From: Clostridia bacterium
GTDB taxonomy: Bacteria > Bacillota > Clostridia > TANB77 > CAG-465
Assembly: GCA_051886195.1 (NCBI GenBank)
Contig: JBJEXW010000003.1
Span: 23,844-87,843, forward strand
DNA length: 64,000 nucleotides
Direction of reading: 5' to 3'
Below are positions 8,694 to 19,125 of this stretch, piece after piece (positions within the stretch are counted from its first letter, which is position 1; each line of letters begins with the position of its first letter). Below the pieces are notes generated by a model. That model made no database searches, had not been told where the DNA came from, and worked only from the letters and a program-made list of their open reading frames with translations. Position numbers and translations under genes: made by a program.

Positions 8694-9437
8694 ATGAATA
8701 ATAAATTAGAAATAGTAAAAAGTGAGAACTTCAATGGAATAGAATGTGATTTTTATAGTGATAAAAAAGATGTTTTTATGACAATAAATCAATTGGCTAA
8801 TTGTTTAAAATATAAAAATGGAAGAAAAGGAATTGAAAATCTAATTAGTAGAAATGAATATTTAAAAAATAGAGAATTTTCAGTTACCCTCGATATGAGG
8901 GCTACTGATGGTAAGCAATATAATACAAGGGTATTTACAGAAGATGGTATATATGAAGTAACAATGTTGGCAAGAACAGAAAAAGCAAGAGAGTTCAGAG
9001 ATTTTGTAAGGAAGGTCTTAAAATCTTTGAGAAAAGGAGAATCTAAATTAATAAAGACACCAGAACTACAAAGATTACAAATTGAAGCTAAATTAAATAA
9101 TTCAAGAGCTAGAGTGGCAAATGTATTATTAAAATTAGCAGATAAAACAAATATACCAGAATATAAACAAGTAATATTATCAAATGTAAGTGCTATATTA
9201 TCTAGAAATCAATTAATACCATTACCTAGTGCAGAAAAGAAAACATATAGCGCAAATGAAATAGGCGATATATTAGGAATAACAGGGAATATGGTAGGAA
9301 GACTTGCAAACGCAAATAATTTAAAAACAGATAAATATGGAAAGTTATTTTATGATAAATCTAAATATAGTAGCAAACAAGTCGAAACATTTAGATATTA
9401 TGAAAATATAATTCCAGAATTAAGAAAAATATTATAA
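8694..9437 (+). CDS. Phage antirepressor-like protein (Bro-N domain)
   Basis: FNGIECDFYSDKKDVFMTINQLANCL is a Bro-N signature. Confidence 0.6.
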   Translation: MNNKLEIVKSENFNGIECDFYSDKKDVFMTINQLANCLKYKNGRKGIENLISRNEYLKNREFSVTLDMRATDGKQYNTRVFTEDGIYEVTMLARTEKAREFRDFVRKVLKSLRKGESKLIKTPELQRLQIEAKLNNSRARVANVLLKLADKTNIPEYKQVILSNVSAILSRNQLIPLPSAEKKTYSANEIGDILGITGNMVGRLANANNLKTDKYGKLFYDKSKYSSKQVETFRYYENIIPELRKIL

Positions 9438-9446
9438 AAATAAAGG

Positions 9447-9527
9447 GACTATGTCCTGAGTAAGACATTAAACTGCTCTTATATCCCTTTAAAATAAAAT
9501 TTATAAGAAGAGTTAACGAAAGTTAGC
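9447..9527 (+). repeat. Two-hairpin boundary element, copy 2 (includes a terminator)
   Basis: About 90% identical to 4365..4455. Confidence 0.5.
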
Positions 9528-9623
9528 TCTTTTTGTATTATAAATACTAGTTATGTCATTGATGTTGAAAAAATTAAATAATAATATTATTATTTTGGAT
9601 ATATATTATTACTATATACTTAG

Positions 9624-9670
9624 TTGAAAATGTAAAAAAAATATGTTATAATTTGTCAACGAGGTTGACA
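9624..9670 (+). promoter_or_regulatory. Promoter (TTGAAA, 17 nt, TATAAT) followed by the palindrome TGTCAAC-gag-GTTGACA at +1
   Basis: Consensus boxes; a perfect 7-bp inverted repeat overlaps the transcription start and the RBS. Confidence 0.55.
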
Positions 9671-9674
9671 GCTA

Positions 9675-10982
9675 ATGAGTATTAGAAAATTAAAAATAAG
9701 TTCTAGGGCAAAGAAAATCATTCGTATTAAGAACCAAAGTAAAGAAAAGTTAAGAAAGGTTCTTAAGTATAGGAATAAAAAGAATAAAAAAATGTATGTA
9801 AAGTATTTTACTAAATATAAAAAAAGAAAACAAACAGAGTTAAGTAAAATATTTAGATTATTAGATGATAAAAAATTTTATAAAAAGCCAAGTATCCTTG
9901 TAAGTGGAACAGCTATTATACAAATACCTAGAGTTTTTTGTTTTTCTAAAAATGCTTATGAAACTATTGACATAATAAAAGAGGTAGCATATGCATGTAA
10001 GAATAATCTTGATATAATAATAGATCATTCTGAATGCCAGTATTTAGATTTGGGAGCATCTACAGTTATGGATGTTCTTATAATGGAATATAAAGCAAAA
10101 ATAAAGGCATTGCGTATGCATAAAGGTATAAGAGGTAAACTATCTAAAAGTCAAAAAGTAAATGATTTATTAAAGTTTAGCGGGATAGTAAAACATTTAG
10201 GATTAAATAATGAAATGTCGAATGAATTAGAATTGTTTCCATTAAAAAAGAATAAAGCTCCTGGTGTTTTAGGCGCTGATATAATTGAATATTATAAAAG
10301 GTGTTTAGCAACAAAAGGATTTGAATTAACTGAACAAGGAGAATTATATTTCGGAAATATACTAGGGGAAGTATTAACAAATTGTAAGGATCATGGCGGA
10401 GAAAATTCACAATGGTATGCAATGGGACATTATATTACTAAAGAAGGAAATATAAGCTTAATAATTTTTAATTTTGGACAAACAATTTTTGAGGGCTTAA
10501 ATAGTAAGGAAACATCGAAAGAAACCATAAAAGATTTAGATAATATTACTAATAGACATATAAAATTATTCAATTCAAAGTGGGACAAAGAAACGTTATG
10601 GACTTTATATGCATTACAAAGTGGTGTAAGCAGATTAAAATCAAAGGAAGATCCAACCAGAGGTACTGGGACAATAAAAATGATTGATGGATTCCAGACT
10701 CTTGGCAAGAAAATAGCAGAGGATGGCAAGAAATTAAATCCAATAATGAGTATTACATCTGGTAATGTTAATATAGTTTTTGATGGAACATATAATTTAA
10801 AAGAGGAACATGTAGATGGTGGAATTAGAAAAATAATTGCATTTAACAAGGAAAATGATTTGTATAAATTACCAGATCAGAATTATGTAAAAAATATAAA
10901 AAATTACTTTCCAGGAACAATAATAACTATGAATTTTTATATTGATAATAAGTATATAGATTTAATGAAAAAAGGAGAATAA
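9675..10982 (+). CDS. GHKL (HATPase_c_2, SpoIIAB/RsbW-type) kinase-ATPase with a Lys-rich N-terminus and a sensor-like middle region
   Basis: N-box LGEVLTNCKDHGG, G1-like IIFNFGQTI and G2-like TRGTGTIKMI resemble SpoIIAB EAVTNAIIHG / DEGVGI / ERSGMGFTIM. Confidence 0.5.
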   Translation: MSIRKLKISSRAKKIIRIKNQSKEKLRKVLKYRNKKNKKMYVKYFTKYKKRKQTELSKIFRLLDDKKFYKKPSILVSGTAIIQIPRVFCFSKNAYETIDIIKEVAYACKNNLDIIIDHSECQYLDLGASTVMDVLIMEYKAKIKALRMHKGIRGKLSKSQKVNDLLKFSGIVKHLGLNNEMSNELELFPLKKNKAPGVLGADIIEYYKRCLATKGFELTEQGELYFGNILGEVLTNCKDHGGENSQWYAMGHYITKEGNISLIIFNFGQTIFEGLNSKETSKETIKDLDNITNRHIKLFNSKWDKETLWTLYALQSGVSRLKSKEDPTRGTGTIKMIDGFQTLGKKIAEDGKKLNPIMSITSGNVNIVFDGTYNLKEEHVDGGIRKIIAFNKENDLYKLPDQNYVKNIKNYFPGTIITMNFYIDNKYIDLMKKGE

Positions 10983-10984
10983 TA

Positions 10985-11320
10985 ATGAAAGAAATGATAA
11001 TTAGTTTGCAAAAATATAGAGCAAATGGAGAAAAAATACTTACAGGAAGAGACGAAGGAAAAAGAATAAGGGAAACCTTAAAATTAGATAAGATAGATAA
11101 GGAAGATATAACAGTAACTATAGATATACCAGGCGATATTTTATCATTAAATTCATCATATTTTCTAGGATTATTTCAAAAAAGTATAATACTATTAGGT
11201 GAAGAAAAATTTAGAAAAAAGTATATTTTTAAATGTGAAAGAAAATCAATAGTTGACATTAATGTTGAAGATGGAATACAAGAAGCATTAAATAATGCGA
11301 ATGCTTTAGGAGGAAAATAG
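10985..11320 (+). CDS. STAS-like (DUF4325-type) partner protein
   Basis: 111 aa; ILSLNSSYFLGLFQ..FRKKYIFKC..DGIQEAL fits the DUF4325/STAS pattern; translationally coupled to the GHKL gene. Confidence 0.45.
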   Translation: MKEMIISLQKYRANGEKILTGRDEGKRIRETLKLDKIDKEDITVTIDIPGDILSLNSSYFLGLFQKSIILLGEEKFRKKYIFKCERKSIVDINVEDGIQEALNNANALGGK

Positions 11321-11922
11321 TGAAAAAGGGTTATGTGTATATAGCATTATTTGTATTAATAATTGTCATAAATGTACTAGCGTTTACTATATTCAAAGAA
11401 ACAACATTTGAAAATAAAATAGCCTTTGTAAATATAGTATATCTTATTATAGTATATTTTGTTGATAGGATAGTTGAAAGCTTTGATAAAAAAGATGATA
11501 ATAAAAAATATTGGTTTAAAAATTTTATATTAGAAAAATATATATATGATTATTGTGAGTTTTTTGATTCAGGAGCTGATATTTTAAGAGAGGCAAGTGA
11601 TAGAAAAAATAAATATGTTGAAAGTAATATAGGTGCAAAAGATTTAAAAGAAATGTCTGAAAAATTTCAACAAGAATTATTTGACAAATTTTCACTAATA
11701 AAAAGAAAAATTACATCTATAAATGCATTTATACAAATTTATGATAATGATATTTATTTTAAAGTTCAAGAAGTTATTGAAGAGTATCAAAATAAATTTA
11801 CAGAAATGCTTGAAAATCAACTCAACAATGTAAATGACAATATTGAAAAGGATATAATTGAAATATATGAATTTCGAAGAAAATTATTAGAAATTTTTTA
11901 TAAACATTCTATAGATTTATAA
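11320..11922 (+). CDS. 2-TM membrane protein with a cytoplasmic helical domain (candidate effector)
   Basis: GTG start overlaps the upstream stop codon; two N-terminal TM helices. Confidence 0.45.
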   Translation: MKKGYVYIALFVLIIVINVLAFTIFKETTFENKIAFVNIVYLIIVYFVDRIVESFDKKDDNKKYWFKNFILEKYIYDYCEFFDSGADILREASDRKNKYVESNIGAKDLKEMSEKFQQELFDKFSLIKRKITSINAFIQIYDNDIYFKVQEVIEEYQNKFTEMLENQLNNVNDNIEKDIIEIYEFRRKLLEIFYKHSIDL

Positions 11923-11981
11923 AATTATGAAGGACGGAGATATCTGTTCTTTTTTTATGCTCTAAAAAAGGAGATGATAAT

Positions 11982-12374
11982 ATGGTATGGAAAAGTGATG
12001 GAGTTTTGATGAAAAGTCCTTCAACATATAAGGATAGTATAGAAGATACAGATAATGATAGTTATACAAGCGCAGAAGATGGCTCTTTAATAGATAATAC
12101 TATAGCTGTAGGAATGGTAAAGGCAGATTTTAGTTATGATTATCTTACAGAGAAAGAAGCAGAAGACATATTACAAGAAACATATAAAAATCCTATGAAT
12201 ATAACCTTAAAATGTCCATCTGTAAAAGGTGGAATTTTAACAGCTCCTTTTAGATGTTCAAAGAGAAGTTCTGAAATGATAGACACAAAAGAAAATGAAG
12301 ATCCTAATAATAGTCATTGGAAAATATCATTTAGCATTATGCAAAAAGAATTGGTGGATTCACAGAAAGGATAA
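11982..12374 (+). CDS. Phage tail protein (distal tail protein-like)
   Basis: Placed immediately upstream of the Tal-like gene. Confidence 0.3.
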   Translation: MVWKSDGVLMKSPSTYKDSIEDTDNDSYTSAEDGSLIDNTIAVGMVKADFSYDYLTEKEAEDILQETYKNPMNITLKCPSVKGGILTAPFRCSKRSSEMIDTKENEDPNNSHWKISFSIMQKELVDSQKG

Positions 12375-12379
12375 TAAAT

Positions 12380-14917
12380 ATGTACCCAGTAAGTGAAAAA
12401 TGGAAAGAAAGAATATATAGCGATGGTATTAAATCAAAAATAAAATTGTATATAAATGAAGAACTTATACAAGCTAAAATACTTAACTTAAAAATATCTC
12501 ATATTTTATATAATAATGATAGTAGTATATCATTAGGTACAACGACGTCACAATCATTAGAATTAAAGCTATTTAAAAAAGATTTACCAACAAATATTAA
12601 TACTATAAAAATAGAATATGGTATTTTAATAGATGATGAATACGATATGATACCATTAGGTGTTTATAATGTTGATAGTATAGACGATACTAATAATGAA
12701 ACAATTACTATAAAAGCCTCAGATAATATGATTAAATTTGAAGTTAACTATGACGGTAGTAATTTAAATTATCCGGCAACTATAAAAACCGTTTTATTAG
12801 ATATTTGTAACAAAGTAGGAGTAAAACTTGGTACTTCTACTTTTTTAAATGAAAATACAGAAATAGCTGTATGGGACAATACCGTAAGTGCTAGAAAGTA
12901 TTTGAGTTATATTGCAGAAAAAGCAGGATGTATAGCAGTAATAGGAAGAGATGGAAAATTATATTTAAAAAATTTATATGAGAGCAGTGAAATAATTCCA
13001 TTAAGATTATTTAAAAAGTATGAATGGGGAGAAAAGCATACTATAACAGGTGTAAAATTTCAAGATGGAATAAGAGCATATAATTTAGGAAATTCATCAG
13101 GAAATACATTATGGATTAGTTCAGAGAATATGTTTATTACATCATCAGCGGAAATAGAAGATATTTATGAAAAAATAAATGGTTTAGTAGCATATAGTTT
13201 CAATTCTGGCACCACAAGAATTAATCCAGCATTAGATGTAGGAGATAAAGTTGTTATAGATGGAAAAGAAGTAATATATCAATATGAAATGGAGTTAAAA
13301 GGTAGATTTTTAGGAACTGTTAATTCTAAATTATCAGATAAATCTAAAGAAGATACTACAGTAAAGAAAATTAGTAATGATACAAAAATTAGAAGAGTAC
13401 AAAGTGAAATTAATCAAATAGATGGTAAAATTACTCAATTAGTACAAGAAACAGAGGAAAACTCTGAAAAGATTTCCAAAAATGAGCAAGATATAGATAG
13501 TATAAATCAAACAGTGTCAAGTTTTACAAATTTTACTAAGACAATTGAAGGAAAAACAAAAATATTATTAGAAGATGCTTTAGAGACTAATATTTTAAAA
13601 TTGGTATTGTATGCAGAAAATACAGAAAATGGAATATATCCAAGCGAAGATTTATATCCATCTGAAGACTTATATCCTGAAAATGCTGGAAATGAATTTA
13701 CTATATTAGTTGAAAATGAGGATAAGACAGAAACAAAAGAGTTCTATTATAATTCTACATATCCTTTAGAAGAATATGATGGGACACGTGATCAACTTGT
13801 TATAGAATTTGATAAGGAAAAAGGATGCTGTAGTGTAAAAGTTTTAGCATATATTGAAGAAATAGCAGAAAATGTGTTCACAGTACTTGAAACACCAAAA
13901 GAGATAATATTAGAAGATAATTTACAATTTACTTTATTTAAAGGGAACAATTATATATCTGTAAAAGAATATCAAGATTGGAAAATTGAAGCTACATATA
14001 TATTCAATAACGAATTAAATGATTTGTATGCAACACAAGTATATATGAGTTCTGTTATAAAACAATTATCAGATGAGATATTACTTGAGGTTAGCAAAAA
14101 GGTCGGCGACGATGAGCTAATTGCTAAAATAAATCTTACACCAGAAACAATAAAAATTATCGCTTCTAAACTAGCCTTGGAAGGCTATACTACAATAAAT
14201 GGTGGTTTTTCAATAGATGAAGAAGGCAATGCGTCGATTGCAAATGGTGCTGTAATAATAAATAAAGATGGTATACGAATGGCCGATGGAACAAGTATTT
14301 TGGGTGGAAAAGGTTTATTATCTAATTTAACATTTGAAGGCATTGGAATTGTAAAGACTGCATCAGTAGGTTCATATTATCAAGTTGGATTTATGAGAAA
14401 TTCTAATAATGGAACAAATTTTAAATCACGAATAGATATTGATGCATATATTCCAGAAGGATTTGAAATTGAAAAAGCAGTAGTAACTATTTCACATTTT
14501 CCTATGGAAATAAATTATAATGGTACAAATTATGGAAAAGGATTTGCTAGAGGACTTAATATTTTTTATTCAAATACGCAAAGTAGAATGTTACAATTTA
14601 ATATTGGAAGTGAATACCAGGGAATAAATGATACAAGTTTAACTCAAATAGCAAATGGTTTAGAAAAAAATTGGACACCAAATATAGAAGAAAATAAAGT
14701 GGATAATATTGTAACTAAAGACATAAAAAGTAGTTTACAAAAGGGTATAAATAGAATAACAATACAAAGTGCAGATGATATACCATTCTATGATACTAGT
14801 TTAAATGAACAATATTTAGAAAAAGGATCAATAGAATATCTTTTAAAAACTGGTATGGTAAGTGCGTTTCTTGATATTTATGGTTTCATGAAACCAATAA
14901 ACGAGGAGGAAAAATAA
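12380..14917 (+). CDS. Phage tail-associated (Tal / tail endopeptidase-like) structural protein
   Basis: 845 aa; coiled-coil middle; YPSEDL tandem repeat; position after the Dit-like gene. Confidence 0.45.
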   Translation: MYPVSEKWKERIYSDGIKSKIKLYINEELIQAKILNLKISHILYNNDSSISLGTTTSQSLELKLFKKDLPTNINTIKIEYGILIDDEYDMIPLGVYNVDSIDDTNNETITIKASDNMIKFEVNYDGSNLNYPATIKTVLLDICNKVGVKLGTSTFLNENTEIAVWDNTVSARKYLSYIAEKAGCIAVIGRDGKLYLKNLYESSEIIPLRLFKKYEWGEKHTITGVKFQDGIRAYNLGNSSGNTLWISSENMFITSSAEIEDIYEKINGLVAYSFNSGTTRINPALDVGDKVVIDGKEVIYQYEMELKGRFLGTVNSKLSDKSKEDTTVKKISNDTKIRRVQSEINQIDGKITQLVQETEENSEKISKNEQDIDSINQTVSSFTNFTKTIEGKTKILLEDALETNILKLVLYAENTENGIYPSEDLYPSEDLYPENAGNEFTILVENEDKTETKEFYYNSTYPLEEYDGTRDQLVIEFDKEKGCCSVKVLAYIEEIAENVFTVLETPKEIILEDNLQFTLFKGNNYISVKEYQDWKIEATYIFNNELNDLYATQVYMSSVIKQLSDEILLEVSKKVGDDELIAKINLTPETIKIIASKLALEGYTTINGGFSIDEEGNASIANGAVIINKDGIRMADGTSILGGKGLLSNLTFEGIGIVKTASVGSYYQVGFMRNSNNGTNFKSRIDIDAYIPEGFEIEKAVVTISHFPMEINYNGTNYGKGFARGLNIFYSNTQSRMLQFNIGSEYQGINDTSLTQIANGLEKNWTPNIEENKVDNIVTKDIKSSLQKGINRITIQSADDIPFYDTSLNEQYLEKGSIEYLLKTGMVSAFLDIYGFMKPINEEEK

Positions 14918-14919
14918 TA

Positions 14920-15639
14920 ATGAGTATTAGAGAACAAATTTCAAAAATTTTATTTAAAAATAAACCAGATAAAACAACTCCTGTATCAGCTGGTATTTTG
15001 AATCAATTACAATATAATATAGAAAAAGCATTAAAGGTTAAACTAGACTATTGTAACACAATAATAACTAATGCCAATGATGTTACAGATGCTGGAATAT
15101 ATCAGATTAGAAGTGATGCTACCAATTTACCATTTGATCCGACAGCAACTCAACATGATAGTAATGTTTGTTGGCTAATTGTATTCTTAGTAGACAATAT
15201 AGATCCAATAATTCAGATTGCATTAGATAGTAAAACTTTTCATATATGGATTAGAAAATCTAAGCCATATGAAGCAGGATGGAATGATTGGAAGTTGCTA
15301 AATCCAGATAAAATTGTTAGAGAAATTGTTGAAGGTGAAGAAAAATCAATTGGTATATTTATTGATGGCAAAGAAGTATTCGTAAAAAGAATAAATGGTG
15401 GGAAATTACCTAACGCAACTACAAAAATGATAGATGTAGGAATAGAAAATATTACCCCTTATAAAATAGAAGGAATGAGTTATAGTGATATTGGAGATAG
15501 AACTCCAATACCATATGCAAATCCCAAAAGTGCAATATATGCATATTATTTAAAGTCGTCTAGTAGTATATCGGTTGGAACAGTTAGTGATAGGTCTAAT
15601 CAAGATTTTTATATAGATGTTTATTATACACATAATTAA
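14920..15639 (+). CDS. Phage tail / baseplate protein
   Basis: Translationally coupled within the tail operon. Confidence 0.35.
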   Translation: MSIREQISKILFKNKPDKTTPVSAGILNQLQYNIEKALKVKLDYCNTIITNANDVTDAGIYQIRSDATNLPFDPTATQHDSNVCWLIVFLVDNIDPIIQIALDSKTFHIWIRKSKPYEAGWNDWKLLNPDKIVREIVEGEEKSIGIFIDGKEVFVKRINGGKLPNATTKMIDVGIENITPYKIEGMSYSDIGDRTPIPYANPKSAIYAYYLKSSSSISVGTVSDRSNQDFYIDVYYTHN

Positions 15640-15650
15640 AAGGTGATAAA

Positions 15651-16484
15651 ATGAAGATATTAATAGAAGATAAGTTTTTAAAAATCATAGATAAAGAAAA
15701 TTTAAGAACTGGAAATGTAAATAGTTATAAAATGAGTATAGAATATGATTCGTTTTATAATGATAGAGTTTTAATGATATATTTTAAGCAGGATGATATA
15801 AAGAAAATAGTTACTGTTGGACCTGATAATATAATAGATATACCTCACGAAGTACTTGAAAATGTAAGAGATATATACATTGGTTTTTATTCTCCTAGCC
15901 CTGATGGCGATAAACTAAAAGATAGATATTGTAGTAATTTTGACCGATTAACTGTAATTGAAGGAGCATATGATGAAGACGCTACACCTACAGAAGAATT
16001 AACACCAACTATTCTTGAAAAATACCTTCAAGAAATGAAAGATTTCTATAATGAAAGTTTAGAAGATTTTAACAATAATGCAGATGAAAGAATAAAAGAG
16101 TATAATGACAATGCTTTACGACTATTAACTGACTATAACACTAATGCTAAACTAAAAAAAGCAGAAATAGATGAAGTAGCAGAAGAAGTAGTAAATACCA
16201 AAACAGATATAGAAGAAATAGAAAAAAGAGTAAGCGTATCTGAACAAAATGCAAAAACAAGTGAAACTAACGCAAAGACTAGCGAGGAAAATGCACAATT
16301 TTGTGCTAAAAAATTAGAAGAATATCTTGATGAAGTAAAAAATATATCTAACGCTATAACATTTGCTAATTTTGAAGTAGATATCGAAACAGGAGAGTTA
16401 CAAGTTAATACGCCAGAAAAATTTCAAAATGCAGGTTTTTCTGTAAATGAAAATGGCGATTTGGAGGTGGAGATTAGTGGCTAA
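15651..16484 (+). CDS. Tail fibre protein (coiled coil)
   Basis: EYNDNA repeat motif shared with the next gene. Confidence 0.4.
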   Translation: MKILIEDKFLKIIDKENLRTGNVNSYKMSIEYDSFYNDRVLMIYFKQDDIKKIVTVGPDNIIDIPHEVLENVRDIYIGFYSPSPDGDKLKDRYCSNFDRLTVIEGAYDEDATPTEELTPTILEKYLQEMKDFYNESLEDFNNNADERIKEYNDNALRLLTDYNTNAKLKKAEIDEVAEEVVNTKTDIEEIEKRVSVSEQNAKTSETNAKTSEENAQFCAKKLEEYLDEVKNISNAITFANFEVDIETGELQVNTPEKFQNAGFSVNENGDLEVEISG

Positions 16485-18807
16485 AACTAATATAGGAAGA
16501 GTGAGTGTAGTACCTAAAGATGAGTATTCTAGTACAGAGAATTATAAAAGACTTGATGTGGTTAGTAGCGATGGTAGTATGTATATCAGCAAAAAAGACA
16601 ATAACATTAGAAACCCTCTTGCTGATAAAAATTGGTGGTTTAAAGCAGTAGAAAAAGGAGAAGTTGGACCTCAAGGAGAAAAGCCAGTTAATGGAGTGGA
16701 TTATAATACAGATGAAGAAAAAGAAGAGTTTAAAAATGATGTAATTAATAAAGCAACAGAAGAAGTAGAGAAGAATATAGCAAATATTGAAACTGAAGCA
16801 ATTGAAGATTATAATAAAAATGCTGATGAGAAAACAACTGAATACAATACTAATGCAGATAATAAATTGAAGACATATAATGATAACACTACTGAAAAAT
16901 TAAAAGAGTATAATGACAATGCTAGTAGTAAAGTAGAAGAATATAATACAAATGCTAATACAAAGACTACAGAGTTTGATACAAATGCAACAAGCAAAAC
17001 TAATGATTTTAATAGTAATGCTACAACAAAAACAAATGAATTTAATGCAGTAGTAGATGCAGAAAAAGAAGAATTTGCAGGACAAACAGAGGCAATAAAT
17101 CATCATATAGCAGTAGTAAGTGATGAACTTGAAAGAGTAAAAAATGATATTCTTGAAACAGGAGAAGAAAGTGGTTCATACATAACATTAAATGATAGTG
17201 CAATGGCTGAATATCAGGAATTAAGCGTTGATGGGGTATGTGAACAAGAAACTACACAAGGTTATAATATTTTACCATCTAAAATAACTTCTAAAACTAT
17301 TTACGGAGTAGAAATTAGTGTTAATGATGATAAATCATTTGTTTGCAATGGAACTTCTGAGGAAACAATAGTTATAAATCTATTAACTGATATTTCTGAT
17401 ACTTCTGATGTATCTGGAAATTTAGTTCTTCCTGATTCTGATACAGAATTTAATTTTTCAGGATGTACTGGCGGTGGTTCAAAAACATATAAACTTGATA
17501 TTTGGGTTAAATCAAATAAAAGTATTGCTGAAAATATAAATGGGAATTCGCTTATTAAAATTACTGATGAATCAGATAGAGAAATTAATCGAGTAAGACT
17601 TGTAATCTATAAGGGAATTACTTTAGATAACGTAATGTTTAAACCTATGATAAGAATAGCAAGTATAAGTGATAATAACTACGAACCATACACAGGAGGA
17701 CAACCAAGTCCAAATCCAGAATATCCTCAACCTATTTCAGTAATAGAAAATAGTTTAAAGATAACTAGTTGTAATAAGAATTTAGTAAAATTAAGTATGG
17801 GAGAAATATCGCCAAGTGATGGTCAAGACAAAGAATCAACTACAATTTGTAGAACTAACAAATATATCAAGATAGGAAATAATCAATCTATTATAGTAAG
17901 TGGTGCGTTAAATGGAAGTCCGAATTTAAGACTTTATGATATTAACAAGAATTATAAAGGTTATGGAGCTTTTAATTCTAATGGAATATACACTAATACT
18001 AATTTAGAAGTGGCTTATTTTAGAATAAGATATACAATGGGAGAATATACACTGGACCAATTAAATAATTCTCTAATGATAGAGTACGGAACACAAGCGA
18101 CACCATTTGAAGAACATATAGAAAGTGTTATAAATGCTAATATTCCAGAAGGAGAATTTATTGGTAAAATAAATGATACATATAAAGATACTTTAAAACT
18201 AGAATACCATGAAGAAGATATAGAATATCATTTGATGCTGTATAAGATGTTGAAAAAATATACTTTTACAGGTAATGAAAATATTGTTTTAAATACTACA
18301 AGTTCTGATTATATCGAATTTAAAATTAGTAATTTAAATTTAAATCCAAGTAACTTTTTACCAACTGTATCAAATTACTTTTTATATAATCTAAATAATA
18401 GAATAGCAATATCCAATAATGGTATTTACATTAGAGTTCCTGTTGAATGTGAGATAGATACAGTCGATAAATTTAAAACATTTTTATTATCAAATGAAGT
18501 ATATGTATATTATGTCCTTGCTACACCTTATATATTAGACCTAGGAATAGTAGATATGCCATTAACTTATAATGAAATAACAAATTTGTTTACCGATAGC
18601 AATTTAATGCCAACTATAAATGCAAAATATTATAGAAACTTCACAAAAACAATATCAGATTTACAAGTAAATAACAAATCATTACTTGTAGAATTAACTG
18701 ATTTAGAAAGTAAAATAACAACTCTTGAATCTAAAAATACAGATTTAGAAAGCAGGGTATTAGCTCTTGAATCTAAAGATATAACTGTAGAAAGTGGGGT
18801 TGAATAA
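16478..18807 (+). CDS. Tail fibre / receptor-binding protein
   Basis: GTGGCTAA start/stop overlap; repeated (E/D)YNxNA motifs; C-terminal LESK heptads. Confidence 0.5.
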
Positions 18808-18808
18808 T

Positions 18809-19006
18809 ATGATATATGAAAAAGATAATATATACTATTTAAAAACTGGAAATTTTTACGAAATAGCAAATATATCTATTAAATATAATAGAATAAAGAA
18901 AAAGAATGTTCTGGTGATTACAGGTAGTGACTCTTTTATATCAGAACTTGAAGAACCTTTTCAAGAATATACCTTTAAAGAGCTTAAAAAGAAAATTGTA
19001 GGATAA
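18809..19006 (+). CDS. Small phage protein
   Basis: ORF with an ATG at 18809. Confidence 0.3.
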   Translation: MIYEKDNIYYLKTGNFYEIANISIKYNRIKKKNVLVITGSDSFISELEEPFQEYTFKELKKKIVG

Positions 19007-19125
19007 TGACAGAAATAATATAAATGATATAATTGCTCTATGGTCTTTTATAGGAATTAATATATACATATAGGTTATTGAAGATTCAAAAATTAGAAAA
19101 TATAGAAGAATAGGAGGGATTTAGA

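Noticed and set aside
11925-11975. Terminator after the three-gene cassette
   Set aside because: The palindromic core AGATATCT has no loop, so only a weak T-run remains. It is not called as a feature.
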